From Chrysomallon squamiferum (lineage: Eukaryota > Animalia > Mollusca), in assembly GCA_012295275.1 (NCBI GenBank), contig CM022671.1:36766001-36830000 (forward strand): DNA of 64,000 nucleotides. Direction: 5' to 3'. The notes below the pieces were generated by a model. That model made no database searches, was not told where the DNA came from, and worked only from the letters and a program-made list of their open reading frames with translations. Shown piece by piece: positions 1-11,900 of this stretch (position 1 is the first letter of the stretch; each line of letters opens with the position of its first letter). The translations under genes were made by a program, and so were the position numbers.

Positions 1-7
1 TTTTCAG

Positions 8-1552
8 CTTCCTAAAAAGGACCACGAAGTTGTCATCATCAGTCCAGAAGCTGGGGAAAGTTTCTTTCAACTCATTTTCTTTGTTCTCAGGGGTATGTGT
101 TACTTGAACCTGTTTCACACTTAAAGCAAAAATGACAACCTATCGTTACTCTCATTGTTGATAATAATCGTGATGCTTTTGTCACTACCTATGCAGTTGT
201 TAATAATTTCTTACTACCTCTGGATGTATAGGATTGATAATTTTCTTACTGCAATTGAATTATGATTGATAACATTCTGATTATAGTTCAGCTTGTGTTA
301 TAGAAGAGTAAAATGACTACAAATGAAATGACAGCTTTCATTAGATTTTTTATAATTTATCATTTGTTTCAGCATTCATTGATGATTTGAAGAAGTTGTG
401 TATCAGTCTAGGTATTGGGTTACCTCCATTGGTAAGACTAATTTTAATTCATTTAACACTACTAATTTACTACATTGACATTTTTGTAATAGGATAAAAC
501 ATTGTTTTTTAAGAAAATAATTTTAAATATACAGGAGGTCTTCGGCCTGCATTGTCTTGACATGAGCCATTTCAACTTTACAGAGGTAATCCCATAAAAA
601 AAATTAAAAATAACTTTCAACTTGATGCAGTGTAAAATTCAAAAAAACAGATAAACTTCTTTATGAGCACAGTGGAAGAATATGCCATCGCAGTGTTTGT
701 TTGGGAGAGGTGGCATTGCTTGTGTCCCAACATATGCACTTTGTGGACCATATATCATTTTGGGGATTGTTTTTATATTTGTTTTTTGATTACAGTTTAA
801 TTTTTGTCTTTTTTTTTTTTTGTACTATAATTATGTTCTCCCTTTCATTTTCCTATAGCGTAGTTCTTTTTCTTTATATATATATGTGTGACTTTAGGGT
901 GTTTTAGGTTAGGTACATGACTTGGGCTATGGTAATTCCAAAATGCATTAATATATATATTAATAATTTTCAAATGATTTAAAATACATTTTTGTTCCAT
1001 TTAAATAATTTGCTTGTTAATAAAGCTCCATTCATATTTGTTTAAAATGTTGTTTTATGTACTGGTGAGTTGTTGTATTTCAGAGAAGTGTCAACGGTCA
1101 GATTCCAGCCTATGCTCGTATTGTGACACGAGGAGCTGTGGCTGACATTCGTACTGACATGAGTTCATTTGAGTTATTTTCAGTAAGTTTTGTACAAAGT
1201 GAATCATTTCTTGTTTAACAGTGTGAGAGGATACCTCGAATCTTGTATATGCATCTTGCTACATCTCAGAGTTGTCAGTAGTAAAAGAGCAGTGACTGGA
1301 ACATGATATTTTAAAGAGATCTTTTGTTGATAGTAAAAAAGAATAACTTCTGAAAATAAATAATATTTTTTCTTTACAGTTTATTCTCCTTTTCTCAGGT
1401 TTGTTTTGTCATTTTGAAACATCTGTAAAAAAAAACTATTTTGTTTCACTTCTCTTTTTCTTTATCTGTTTTTTTTTCAGGCAACAAATGTCAATATTGA
1501 TCCATGGAAAGTTATAGTGTATGTAAATAATTCTATCAAGAAAAGATCCTAG
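8..1552 (+). CDS. 3' end of a multi-exon protein-coding gene, product not recognised (partial, continues upstream of the window)
   Basis: Four GT-AG exons join in frame: 8-92, 373-431, 1084-1182, 1481-1552 (TAG). They read LPKKDHEVVIISPEAGESFFQLIFFVLR/AFIDDLKKLCISLGIGLPPL/RSVNGQIPAYARIVTRGAVADIRTDMSSFELFS/ATNVNIDPWKVIVYVNNSIKKRS*. Intron phases are consistent (1,0,0). Confidence 0.8.
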
Positions 1553-1799
1553 CATCTGGATATGTGGAAGTAGTTTAAACAAACTTGTGTCACAATTGTG
1601 GAGAGAAGAAAATGTTACTTTACAGTAGTGAATGAAAAAAGGGAAACCTGGCATATCTAGAATACAGTGGTTTTCTGAATTCCAAGAGATTATTTAACAT
1701 TATATTACTATTTTGTTGTTGTTATTTATAATAGTATATTCTTTATTTATTTATATTATTGAAAACAGTAAAACTTCTAGCATTGTTTAGTGCTTTATG

Positions 1800-2740
1800 C
1801 AAAAAGGTGTTTCACACAACAGATTTCTGTGTATGAAAAATAAAACCATATTTTCTCAGTGCAGAAAATAACACTAGACTCTGTATAAAAAAAAATATGT
1901 GAATTCTCTGTTGTCAAAAAATAATTACATCTTTCTCTAAATAAAACAGATTTCCCTACATGAAAAAGTACACAGATTTTTACACACAAAAGATAAATCT
2001 ATAGATTTCCTTCTATAGAAAAATAAACATACATGTGATTTCAATTTCTTTCTATCAAGAATAACACAACACAGATTTCAATTTCTTTCTATAAAAATAG
2101 CACACACAGATTTCTGAATTCCTTCTATAAGAAATAACACAGGTGTAAAAATTAACTGTAATGAAAGATACCACAATATAGACTTTAATATATGAATAAT
2201 AACACAACACCGATTTTACTGTGTGAAAGATAACACAAATTTTACTGTGAAAAATATCAAATTTTACTATATGAAAAATAACAAATTTTGCTGCAAAAAT
2301 AACAAATTTTACTATATGAAATATAACAAATTTTTCTATATTAAAGGTACAACAACACAACTCACCATTTTATATGAAACATAACACAACACAGATCTCG
2401 CTATATGAAATATAACAACAAATCTTGCTATATGAAAGATAAAACAGATCTCACTATATGAAAGAACACTACACAAATCTTGGTATATGAAAGAAATAAT
2501 ACAACACAGATCTTGCTGTATGAAAGAAAACAACACAGGTCTCACTATATGAAAGAACACAACACAGATCTCACTATATGAAAGAACAACACAGATATCA
2601 CTATATGAAAGATACAATCTTGCTATATGAAAAATTAGACAATACAGATCTTGCTATATGAAAGATGTAACAACAGATCTCGCTGTATGAAAGATAACAC
2701 AGATCTCACTATAAAGATAACACAAAACCCGAGATACTAT
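1800..2740. repeat. Degenerate ~30-bp minisatellite (acacagatctcactatatgaaaga-like)
   Basis: Repeated ACACAGATCTCRCTATATGAAA motif downstream of the stop codon of gene 1; explains the periodic spurious ORFs 2055-2617. Confidence 0.8.
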
Positions 2741-3920
2741 TATGGTGTTTGGATGGTTTGCAGATGTACTTGAAATTGTACATTTAAGGTTCATATTTTA
2801 TTTATTTTGTTGTTGTTTTTTCTGTAATTTCTGTATTTATTTTTTTTGTAATTATAATGTTTACCAGCATATGATTGTTACCTTTTCATTCTCACAATAT
2901 AGTTGTTTCTTTTGTAATTAAAAATCAGCAATGTAAGTACAGTGGGAAAAGAAATATTTAAAAATAGAAAACGTTAGTGGAAAACAAATACTGAAATGTT
3001 TAAATATAGAAAATCTTAGTGGAAAAGAAACACTGAAATATTTATGTTTCAATGGAAAAGTAACACTGAAATGAATAGCTTGATCTGAAGAAGGCCATTA
3101 TAAAATAATTTGTAGGATTTAACAGCAGTGCCTTGTGAAAAAAATAAATAAAATATAAAATTGTGTTCTTTAGACAATGTCCTATACAATAATAAATAAT
3201 TCGATCTCACTTATAAAACCAATTTTAAAAAGATTCTAAAATATAATTTTTGTAATGACTTAATATAGAAAAATATGCAATAAAGATCTGCAATACTTAT
3301 ATTTGTGTTTTTATGATTTCTTAAAGATTTTCAGAAACTGCATAGCAGTATTTATAATTATGTAGATACCTATAATAGATTAATATAAAATGTTTTTACA
3401 ATTTGGAAAATTGTTTAATTTTATTTTACATGTCATTACAGTGAACATGCAGAGCTAAATTTTTGATTCAAGGTCATGTCATCCACAAAGTCAATTTCAG
3501 TATCAAAATAAAGGTCATAAGTTCTCCTTTCAAATTATCCCTCTATAAAAATAATAACATTTTTGGAATCATTGTTAATTCACCTTCTTTGAAAAACCCT
3601 TTTCAACAACAATGACCGATTGGTTGCTTAACTATGGTCAAAAGTGGAAGAACCATATCTTGGAAACTATCGGATCATCGTTCAATGCTAATGATTTTAT
3701 TACACTAAGTGATGATAAAGATATGTGAATATTCGTGAAGTAAGAATAAAAATTAAAAAAATAATAATAATTTTGAAAAAATCCAGTTAAATGTATATTT
3801 ATTTTATTAATATACAAAACAGCTATATACAAGATATAGAAATATAAATATTTTACAAACATTAGCACAAGTTCAGCACTAGAAAGCGTCACACAGGTTA
3901 TCAGTTTACCAGTTTATAAA

Positions 3921-5444
3921 TCATTTGCCGTTTTCGTCATCAGAAGATGTGCTGACGTTAATGCTGACTGTTTCGAAACTAGAACCAGAGCTGTTTTTTA
4001 CGTCTGCTTGTCGACTTTCAGAACCTGACCAATCAGAAAGATCGAGTGGTGCCATCTTGAGATTAACGTTTATGGAGGAGATATCTGATTTGGTGTAAGC
4101 TACCTGGGGGTTGTTCGGTCTGTTATGCACTACGTCAGGAAATGGAAACATCGTCTTCAGCGGGGTACTCACTGTACTGAACGTGGGTGTTACAGGCGAA
4201 TCAAAAAATTTTGTGAAGTTAGGGCTTGTTGGTGACCAGAGAGGCGAATTTGGGCTGCTCGAGAATCCGGCGAGGTCGTGATACTGTGTGGCAGGATAAA
4301 CCACGCCGTACCCGAACATGTACCCTGGGTAATTCAGCGGCAAAGTAATCTGATTGTCGTGGGGTTTAAATATAGGCAGTGGCTCAGATTTCATGGATAT
4401 TATTTTTGATGGAGAATTTGGTCTAGCTGCAGGTTTTTCATGTCTGGGAATGGCTGTGCCCTTGTTACGCCGGAGACGTGATCGTCTGTTTTGAAACCAA
4501 ACCTAAATGATGACAATTACAAAATAATTATAATTCAGAAAATATAAAGTAATATATGGTTATGTGTAAATAGTTGAAATGTAAACTATATAAGTGGATG
4601 GAAGGTAATAATAGTATAGATATTAATATTCCTATTTATTTATTTATTTATTTATTTACTCAGATTATTATTGTTTTATATAACAAAAATTGTTGGTGGG
4701 GGGGGGGAATTTTTCGGGCACCATTATTTGCCTGCTGGTATCGTTGTGTCGACCATAGCTAAGAGTTGCATTCATAACAATATAAATATTCAACAAAACT
4801 TTATGAACACTGGCCTTTGACAAATAATATAAACATTTAAAACTATGTTAATACCTGAATTCTGGCCTCTGTGACGTGCACAGTCTCTGCGAGTTGCTCT
4901 CGCTGGTTAATATCTGGGTACTGGTTCAACTGAAACGATTCTTCCAACGTCTTCAGTGCAGAGTCATTGAACAGAGTCCGATTACGACGCTGTCTGTGAC
5001 GTGGTGGATCGTCGACATTGTTACTGATGTCTGCTGAAATATTTAGATAATTATATGATTACTTTAACAGAATAGCCACACTAAAAACAACTCAATCTCT
5101 CTAGCTGAGTAAGAACAGTATATATAGTTTAAATTTTTAAAAAAATTTATTATTGTATTTACGGATTAAAGACCGATATACTAAATAGTTATAAATGGTC
5201 CAGGTTGGTGACTGTTAATTAAAATAAATAAATCACAAAATCGCATCCAACATTTGTAATATATGTAATTTGTTTTGTTTCTCTATGCTTTTTTGTTTTG
5301 TTTTATTTGTTTGTTGTTGCTTTTGTTGTTATTGCTTTTTTGGTTGTTGTTTATTTGTGTGTTTTTTCAAATAGTTTCTAAAATATTTAATTAAAAAATA
5401 AAATAGCAGAATAGGATTTATATTAGAAAAATATAAAAGTAAAA

Positions 5445-5488
<44 letters not shown>

Positions 5489-5631
5489 AATAATACAAAA
5501 TTATAATACAAAACGTATAGAAGTGATAATGATGTATAAGTAACTAAAGAGCTGCAGACAGACAGTGTAAGAGACTCACCATCGTTTATACCAAGAATGG
5601 ATGCTACCGAATGATTGGTTTTCGTTGCCAT
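3921..5631 (-). CDS. PRD-class (paired-like, Q50) homeobox protein, ~270 aa, divergent, with eh1/octapeptide-like motif
   Basis: Exons 5631-5580, 5033-4855 and 4502-3921. Homeodomain QRRNRTLFNDSALKTLEESFQLNQYPDINQREQLAETVHVTEARIQ/VWFQNRRSRLRR has the PRD-typical intron between codons 46/47. N-terminal HSVASILG; S/P/T-rich C-terminus; AATAAA on the minus strand ~3803. Confidence 0.9.
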
Positions 5632-5710
5632 AGTTATCTTGAAGACGTCCCACAGATAATACTGGTTTACAGGTTAAGAGTTATTTGTGATGTGAGCGAC
5701 AGTTCACGGA

Positions 5711-5717
5711 ATTTATA
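5711..5717 (-). promoter_or_regulatory. Candidate TATA box of the homeobox gene
   Basis: TATAAAT on the minus strand ~80 bp upstream of the ATG at 5631. Confidence 0.45.
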
Positions 5718-8406
5718 ACCAGACACAAATTTAAGTTCCACGTATCTACTGAAAGATCAAAAGGACAACTTGATTTCAAGTGAAAGATTAAAGAACACTG
5801 CAATTCAAAGTCAATCTGCTGAGAGACGCGTAAACAAAAAGATGCCATGCTAATGACAAAGAAAACAGCGATTTAGAGAATTACTCTCAAGGTGTGATTA
5901 ATTAGAGAATTACTCTCAAACAGTTCTGATTCACTTCATGGCTTCTCGTGTTTTCCACTCATTAATCTCTTGTTGTTTAAACAATTCTGTTTTATTTTCA
6001 CACTCCAATACATTTAATGTTCACATTTTATTAAATTTATTTATTAGCATTATATATTGTAATATAAAATAATTTTAAAGTTTCAGAATAAATTATCAAC
6101 AAATATATTAAACAGTAATTATTCAATGTTTTTATTATACCATGTTTATATAGCACCTTTTCCATGCTAAGTTAGCTCAAGATAGATTTACAATGTAAAC
6201 TATTAAAATAAAATATAATAAGAAATGGATATAAACGTTAAAATAAATGTAAACATAATAACTGGTGGCAAAAATAAATGAATCACATTTCATAATTTGT
6301 TTAAAAATGTTGTACTAGGGCGGCGAAATTAGTTAACAAGCAGACAACCGCACGCTTTTCTTTTTTTTTTTTTTTTTTTCTTGTTTTTATTGTCAATGAC
6401 ATAAAATTATCATTATCAGCTAAATCTTTTAGTAATATTATTCAGATAATGACATCTTTTAACAAAATCTTTTACTGATATTTTTATAATTTGTAATTCC
6501 CGATTTCTTATCTCCCAAATCTTGGAAACAGTGCTCAAATAACAAAACAGTCTAATCCGACTGATCCAAGTTTTCTCACGTATAACTTATTTTTCTTCAG
6601 TTTTCTTTGTCTTGTAGTTCTGGTTTATACCGTATAGCAGATTTTGTCTGTCTTTGCTTTTACTGTATTATTGATGTGACCTATTATGTTACATATCAGA
6701 CCTATATTATAATATATATCTCACTTTTGCAGTGTTACATATCTCATTTATGTTACATTTTCTGAGTTGTGCTATGTTACATATGACACTTGTGTTGTGT
6801 TACGTGTTACAAATCTGTCCTAGGTTGTTATAGATAGTCTTACATATTTGTCTATGCCGTGTTGCACGTCAACGTCATGTTACATGTCCAGTTACACGAC
6901 CTGTTAAACGTCTGGTCAACAGATTTGATGTGTAAATGTTTTGTAAGTAGTCTGCAGTGTGTTACAGAATTTGCGTGTTTGCGTGTTAACATTTAATATA
7001 TGTATTTGCTGAATGTGGTGTTACTTTGCAGGTTTTCTTTGATATAAATAAATGCGTACACCATGCAGGTAAATTTTAAAAGAAAATATTTTACAACAGA
7101 TACGCCTGATAACGTGTTGCTTTGAGTCACAGTGTGTCTACCGAAGCCTGAATTCCCACTAACCTAATATTATTGTAAGAAATTAGTTCGGCTAACTGTC
7201 AGGATCATATTGTATCTGTAAGTATTAATAATGTATATAATAATTACCTGTAGTCGATGTTATAATATAAATAACAGAATACGGATAATAATAAATACAA
7301 CAAAAATATTACTACTACTACAAAATAAATAAATGGATAAATAAACCAGTTCTTAGAAAACTTAGATTCCTGGCAAATTTACTTCAAAAGAGGGAGTCAC
7401 GCTTCCTAAGACTGAGAGGTCCAAAAAAAAAAAAAAAAAAGTTCTCTGAAACTACTAAAGTGATATATTTCACACCCGGATTCATTCCATGAATATCTGC
7501 ACACCACAGAGAAAAGCAGAAAAGTTGTTGTTGTGCGATTAGTAACTTCTTTCATACCAATATGGAATTTAGAGAAAAAAAAAAAAATAATAAGTTGTTT
7601 GTGATGATACAGAAAACGTGTATCCATCAGGGCATCCATGGAAGGTGCGAATTCCAGTTTTGCGTGTCATTTGTATGTTTAATTTATCGATTTTTAAATA
7701 TTTTTTAAAATAAATAACCAATTAAGTATAGATTCCGGACTTATGTACATAGATCTGGTTCACACATGTATATTTAGGAAAACTGGAATAATTTAATTTT
7801 TAAATCATCTCAATCTTATGCAGATTTCGTTATTTCTTCTTCTTCTTTTTTTCTTCTAATTTTTTTCGTTCTTTCCATTTCATCCTCTTCTTGTTATTAT
7901 TATTATTTTGTTTTTATCCCATGCTGCTCTTTCGAATTACCCTCCAACAATTGTATGGGTTTGACATCAGTAGATTTTCGTAGAACGATTGATCTACGTA
8001 ATTCGGGAATGATGACTTTTTCTTTTCTTTTTCTTTTCTTCTTTCTTTCTTCTTCTTCTTATTATTATTATGTTAAAAAAAAGAAAAAAAATATTACGCA
8101 CGTAATTCTAAAAGAATAAGGTAACTGATTAAAAAAAATATATATATTCTGAATATAACGGACACAAACACAATCGAATACAGGTAAACAATGGTTATAG
8201 AAGTTATTTTTAGAATATTATTCTCGGCAGGGACAAATCAATTTCATTTTATTTCTCGTCTTTTGTTTTCTTTTTCATCAAAGTTTTACGGTGTTACTCG
8301 CATTTTTATAATGTGTGATTTGAGAATTTTTAAATTATTGTTGTTTTAGGAAACGACAGATTTTTCCAGACTGGTCAACGTGTAAATTACAAATCTATCA
8401 ACAAAC

Positions 8407-8859
8407 ATGGCGGCGCCGATGAAACTTGATAATTCTGTACCCACAAAAATGGAAGGAAAAGGTTCTGTTGTCGATGATTTTATGTACGGTTCAAATGTTG
8501 CAACAGCACATATCTATATTCGTATGGGTAAGTAATAGATATGTATCTTCATTAATCATGAACTGAAACTTATTTGTTGGCATCTAAACAGTTCCGGGTT
8601 TTGGTTTTTTGACTTTCAGAAGCAGCTAATGTGCTAACTGTTATAGTACTACAGTAATATTAATTCATTAGATTAACAGTAACTGTTGTAATGTAAAAAA
8701 TATTTAATTTTTAAAATTCTGTTTCTTAATTAACATTAATAAATGCAAATCCTCAAACTGTTATAAACAATTTTCATATTTACTTATTTATTTCCTCTTA
8801 TTATCATTATTTTGCAAAATGTTTGAAAAATATTTATAACTTTATTATGTCATTTATTC

Positions 8860-8908
<49 letters not shown>

Positions 8909-11900
8909 TACAAATAAAAAATAACAAACAGCAACAACAATAAACAAAGCAAACAATCCCGAAACATTTCCTGAACTTGAAGGTAGTATTTGTATATGGC
9001 ACTCTTGCAGTCGATTGTTTTCACTGATAATCTGACATCAGTTTGTGTCAGTTACATAGCTACTTCTTGATTTTTTGGGTGTAAATATTTCATTACATAA
9101 TACTATAAATGGCATTCTAAACAAGAAGTATGTCATACCAGATGTTCATTCTACTAAACAGGTATTTATTATGTAAAGTACTTGAACAGAACATTCTGTA
9201 AATAACTAACATAATTTTGAAGATCCCTGGAACTACATATAAATTTATAGGCAATATAATTATCTAGATTTCTCGTACAATATATTATGTAAATTTATTA
9301 GCAATATAAATTATTATGCAAATCCCTAGAACAGTATATTATATAAATTTATAGCCACTTTAGTTGATCAGATCCCAGAACAGTATATTATATACATTTA
9401 TAGCCACTATAGTTGATCAGATCTCTAGAACTGTATATTATATAAATTTATAGCCACTTTAGTTGATCAGACCCCTAGAACTGTATATTATATAAATTTA
9501 CAGGCAGTATAATTGTGCAAATCTGTTGAACAGTACTTTATTTTTATAAAATGATGTGTTCTAAGGTTCACATTTTATTCATTTTAAATCTTTGAAGGTA
9601 ATAATGTATGACTAGTGAATTATCAGTCATGCTAAATGGTTAAAACTGGAACTCTATATTCTGTTTATAATTATAATATGCGATTATTGTATCCCTTTTA
9701 AATGAAGAAAATAGATGATTATATTGATCTGATTTGAATATTAAATGTGCTGGTTTGAAACTTGAAACTTGAAAAAAATGAACGTGCTAATCAGAGCAAG
9801 CTGTTGTGAAGCACGTCTAAGATGGCCACACTTTCTGACAGGTCAGTGGGCATGTCCATCGCAGAACTGTGCTGATTCACCTGTGATGTAAATTATAATG
9901 ATAACTGCAGTCAACAACTAGAAGACAAGTAATCAATTATGTCTGAGTAACAGATGGCAGGTACATTCTGCAAACACCAGCTTATACGTCAGATAGGTTA
10001 TTTGTTATTGAAAATCTATATCTGAAAAACACCAGTTTGTACAACAGACAGTTTATTTATGATTGAAAATCTATATCTGAAAAACACCAGTTTGTACAAC
10101 AGACAGTTTATTTGTAATTGAAAATCTATATCTGAAAAACACCAGTTTGCACAACAGACAGTTTATTTGTAATTGAAAATCTATATTTGAAAAACACCAG
10201 TTTATACAGCAAACATTTTATTTATAATTGAACATCTATACCTGAAAAACACCAGTTTGTACAACAGAGAGGTTATATATAATTGAAAATCTCTGTATGA
10301 AAAACACCAGTTTATACAGCAGACAGGTTATTTATAATTGAACATCTATATCTGAAAAACACCAGTTTATACAGTAGACAGGTTATTTATAACTGAACAT
10401 CTATATCTGAAAAACACCAGTTTGTATATCAGACAGGTTATTTATAATTGAAAATCTATATCTGAAAAACAGCACTTTATACAACAGTTGGAATTATCTA
10501 TTTAACATATATGTATTTTAAATAAATATATTATTTGGTTAACATTTGATATATGTTTGTGTTTACAGGTTTCTTACGGAAGGTGTATGGAATCCTCACA
10601 GCACAGATTCTTTTAACCACAGTTGTGGCTTCTATCTTCCTTCTTAATGAAAGTCTCCAACATTACGTACAACACAGGTACTTTCATTCTCACAATTACT
10701 CAAATTTCAGAATATATACAGTAGACAGGCATACTGAACATAAAACACAATATATATCACACACTAGCATACTGAATATAATACGCAATATATACAGTAC
10801 ACAGGCATACTGAACATAATAAACAGTATATACAATAGACTGGCATACTGAACATAATAAACAATATGTACAGTACACTGGCATACTGGACATAATATGC
10901 AATATGTACAGTACACTGGCAAACTAAACATAATATGCAATATATATAGTACACTGGCATACTAAACATAATATGCAATATATATACAGTACACTGGCAT
11001 ACTAAACATAATACTCAATACATATGATACTCTGGCATTATTGTTTTAGTAGTTTAACATTTACAGTAGTTGTCTACTTTCTTGTTTACGGTAGTTTAAC
11101 ATTTACAGTAGTTGTCTACTTTCTTGTTTAGTAGTTGTATTTAGTAGTTTTATGTACGACTGTTGTATTTACTAGTTTCATGTTTACAGTAGTTGTATTT
11201 AGTAGTTTCATATTTATGTTAGCAGTTTCATGTTTACAGTAATTGTATGTCAGCAGTTTTATATTTATGGTTGTTGTGTTTAGTAGTTTTATATTTACAG
11301 TAGTAGTATCATAGCAGTTTCATGTTTACAGTAGTTGTATTTCAGCAGTTTTATATTTAGATTAGTTGTATTTACTAGTTTTATGTTTACAGTTATTTTA
11401 TTTATTATTTTCACGTTTACAATAGTTGTATTTCAGTGGTGTTATATTTATGGTAGTTGTATTTAGTAGTTTTATGTTTATGGTTGTTGTATTTACTAGT
11501 TTCATGTTTACAGTAGTTGTATTTCAGCAGTTATATATTTATGGTAGTTTTATTTAGTAGTTTTATCATTATGGTTGTTGTATTTACTAGTTCTATTTAG
11601 CAGTAGTTTTATATTTATGGTAGTAGTATGATAGCAGTTTCATGTTTACGGTATTTGTTAATAGTTTTATATTTACACTAGTTGTATTTAGTAGTTTTAT
11701 ATTTACACTAGTTGTATTTAGTAGTTTTATATTTACACTAGTTGTATTTAGTAGTTTTATATTTACACTAGTTGTATTTAATAGTTTTATATTTACACTA
11801 GTTGTATTTAGTAGTTTTATATTTACACTAGTTGTATTTAGTAGTTTTATATTTACAGTGGATGGATGATGATGACTGCTCTATTGGGAACATTTGTTGT

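Noticed and set aside
701-3892. Short hydrophobic ORFs in the ORF track
   Set aside because: Intronic, UTR or minisatellite AT-rich sequence without splice or homology support.
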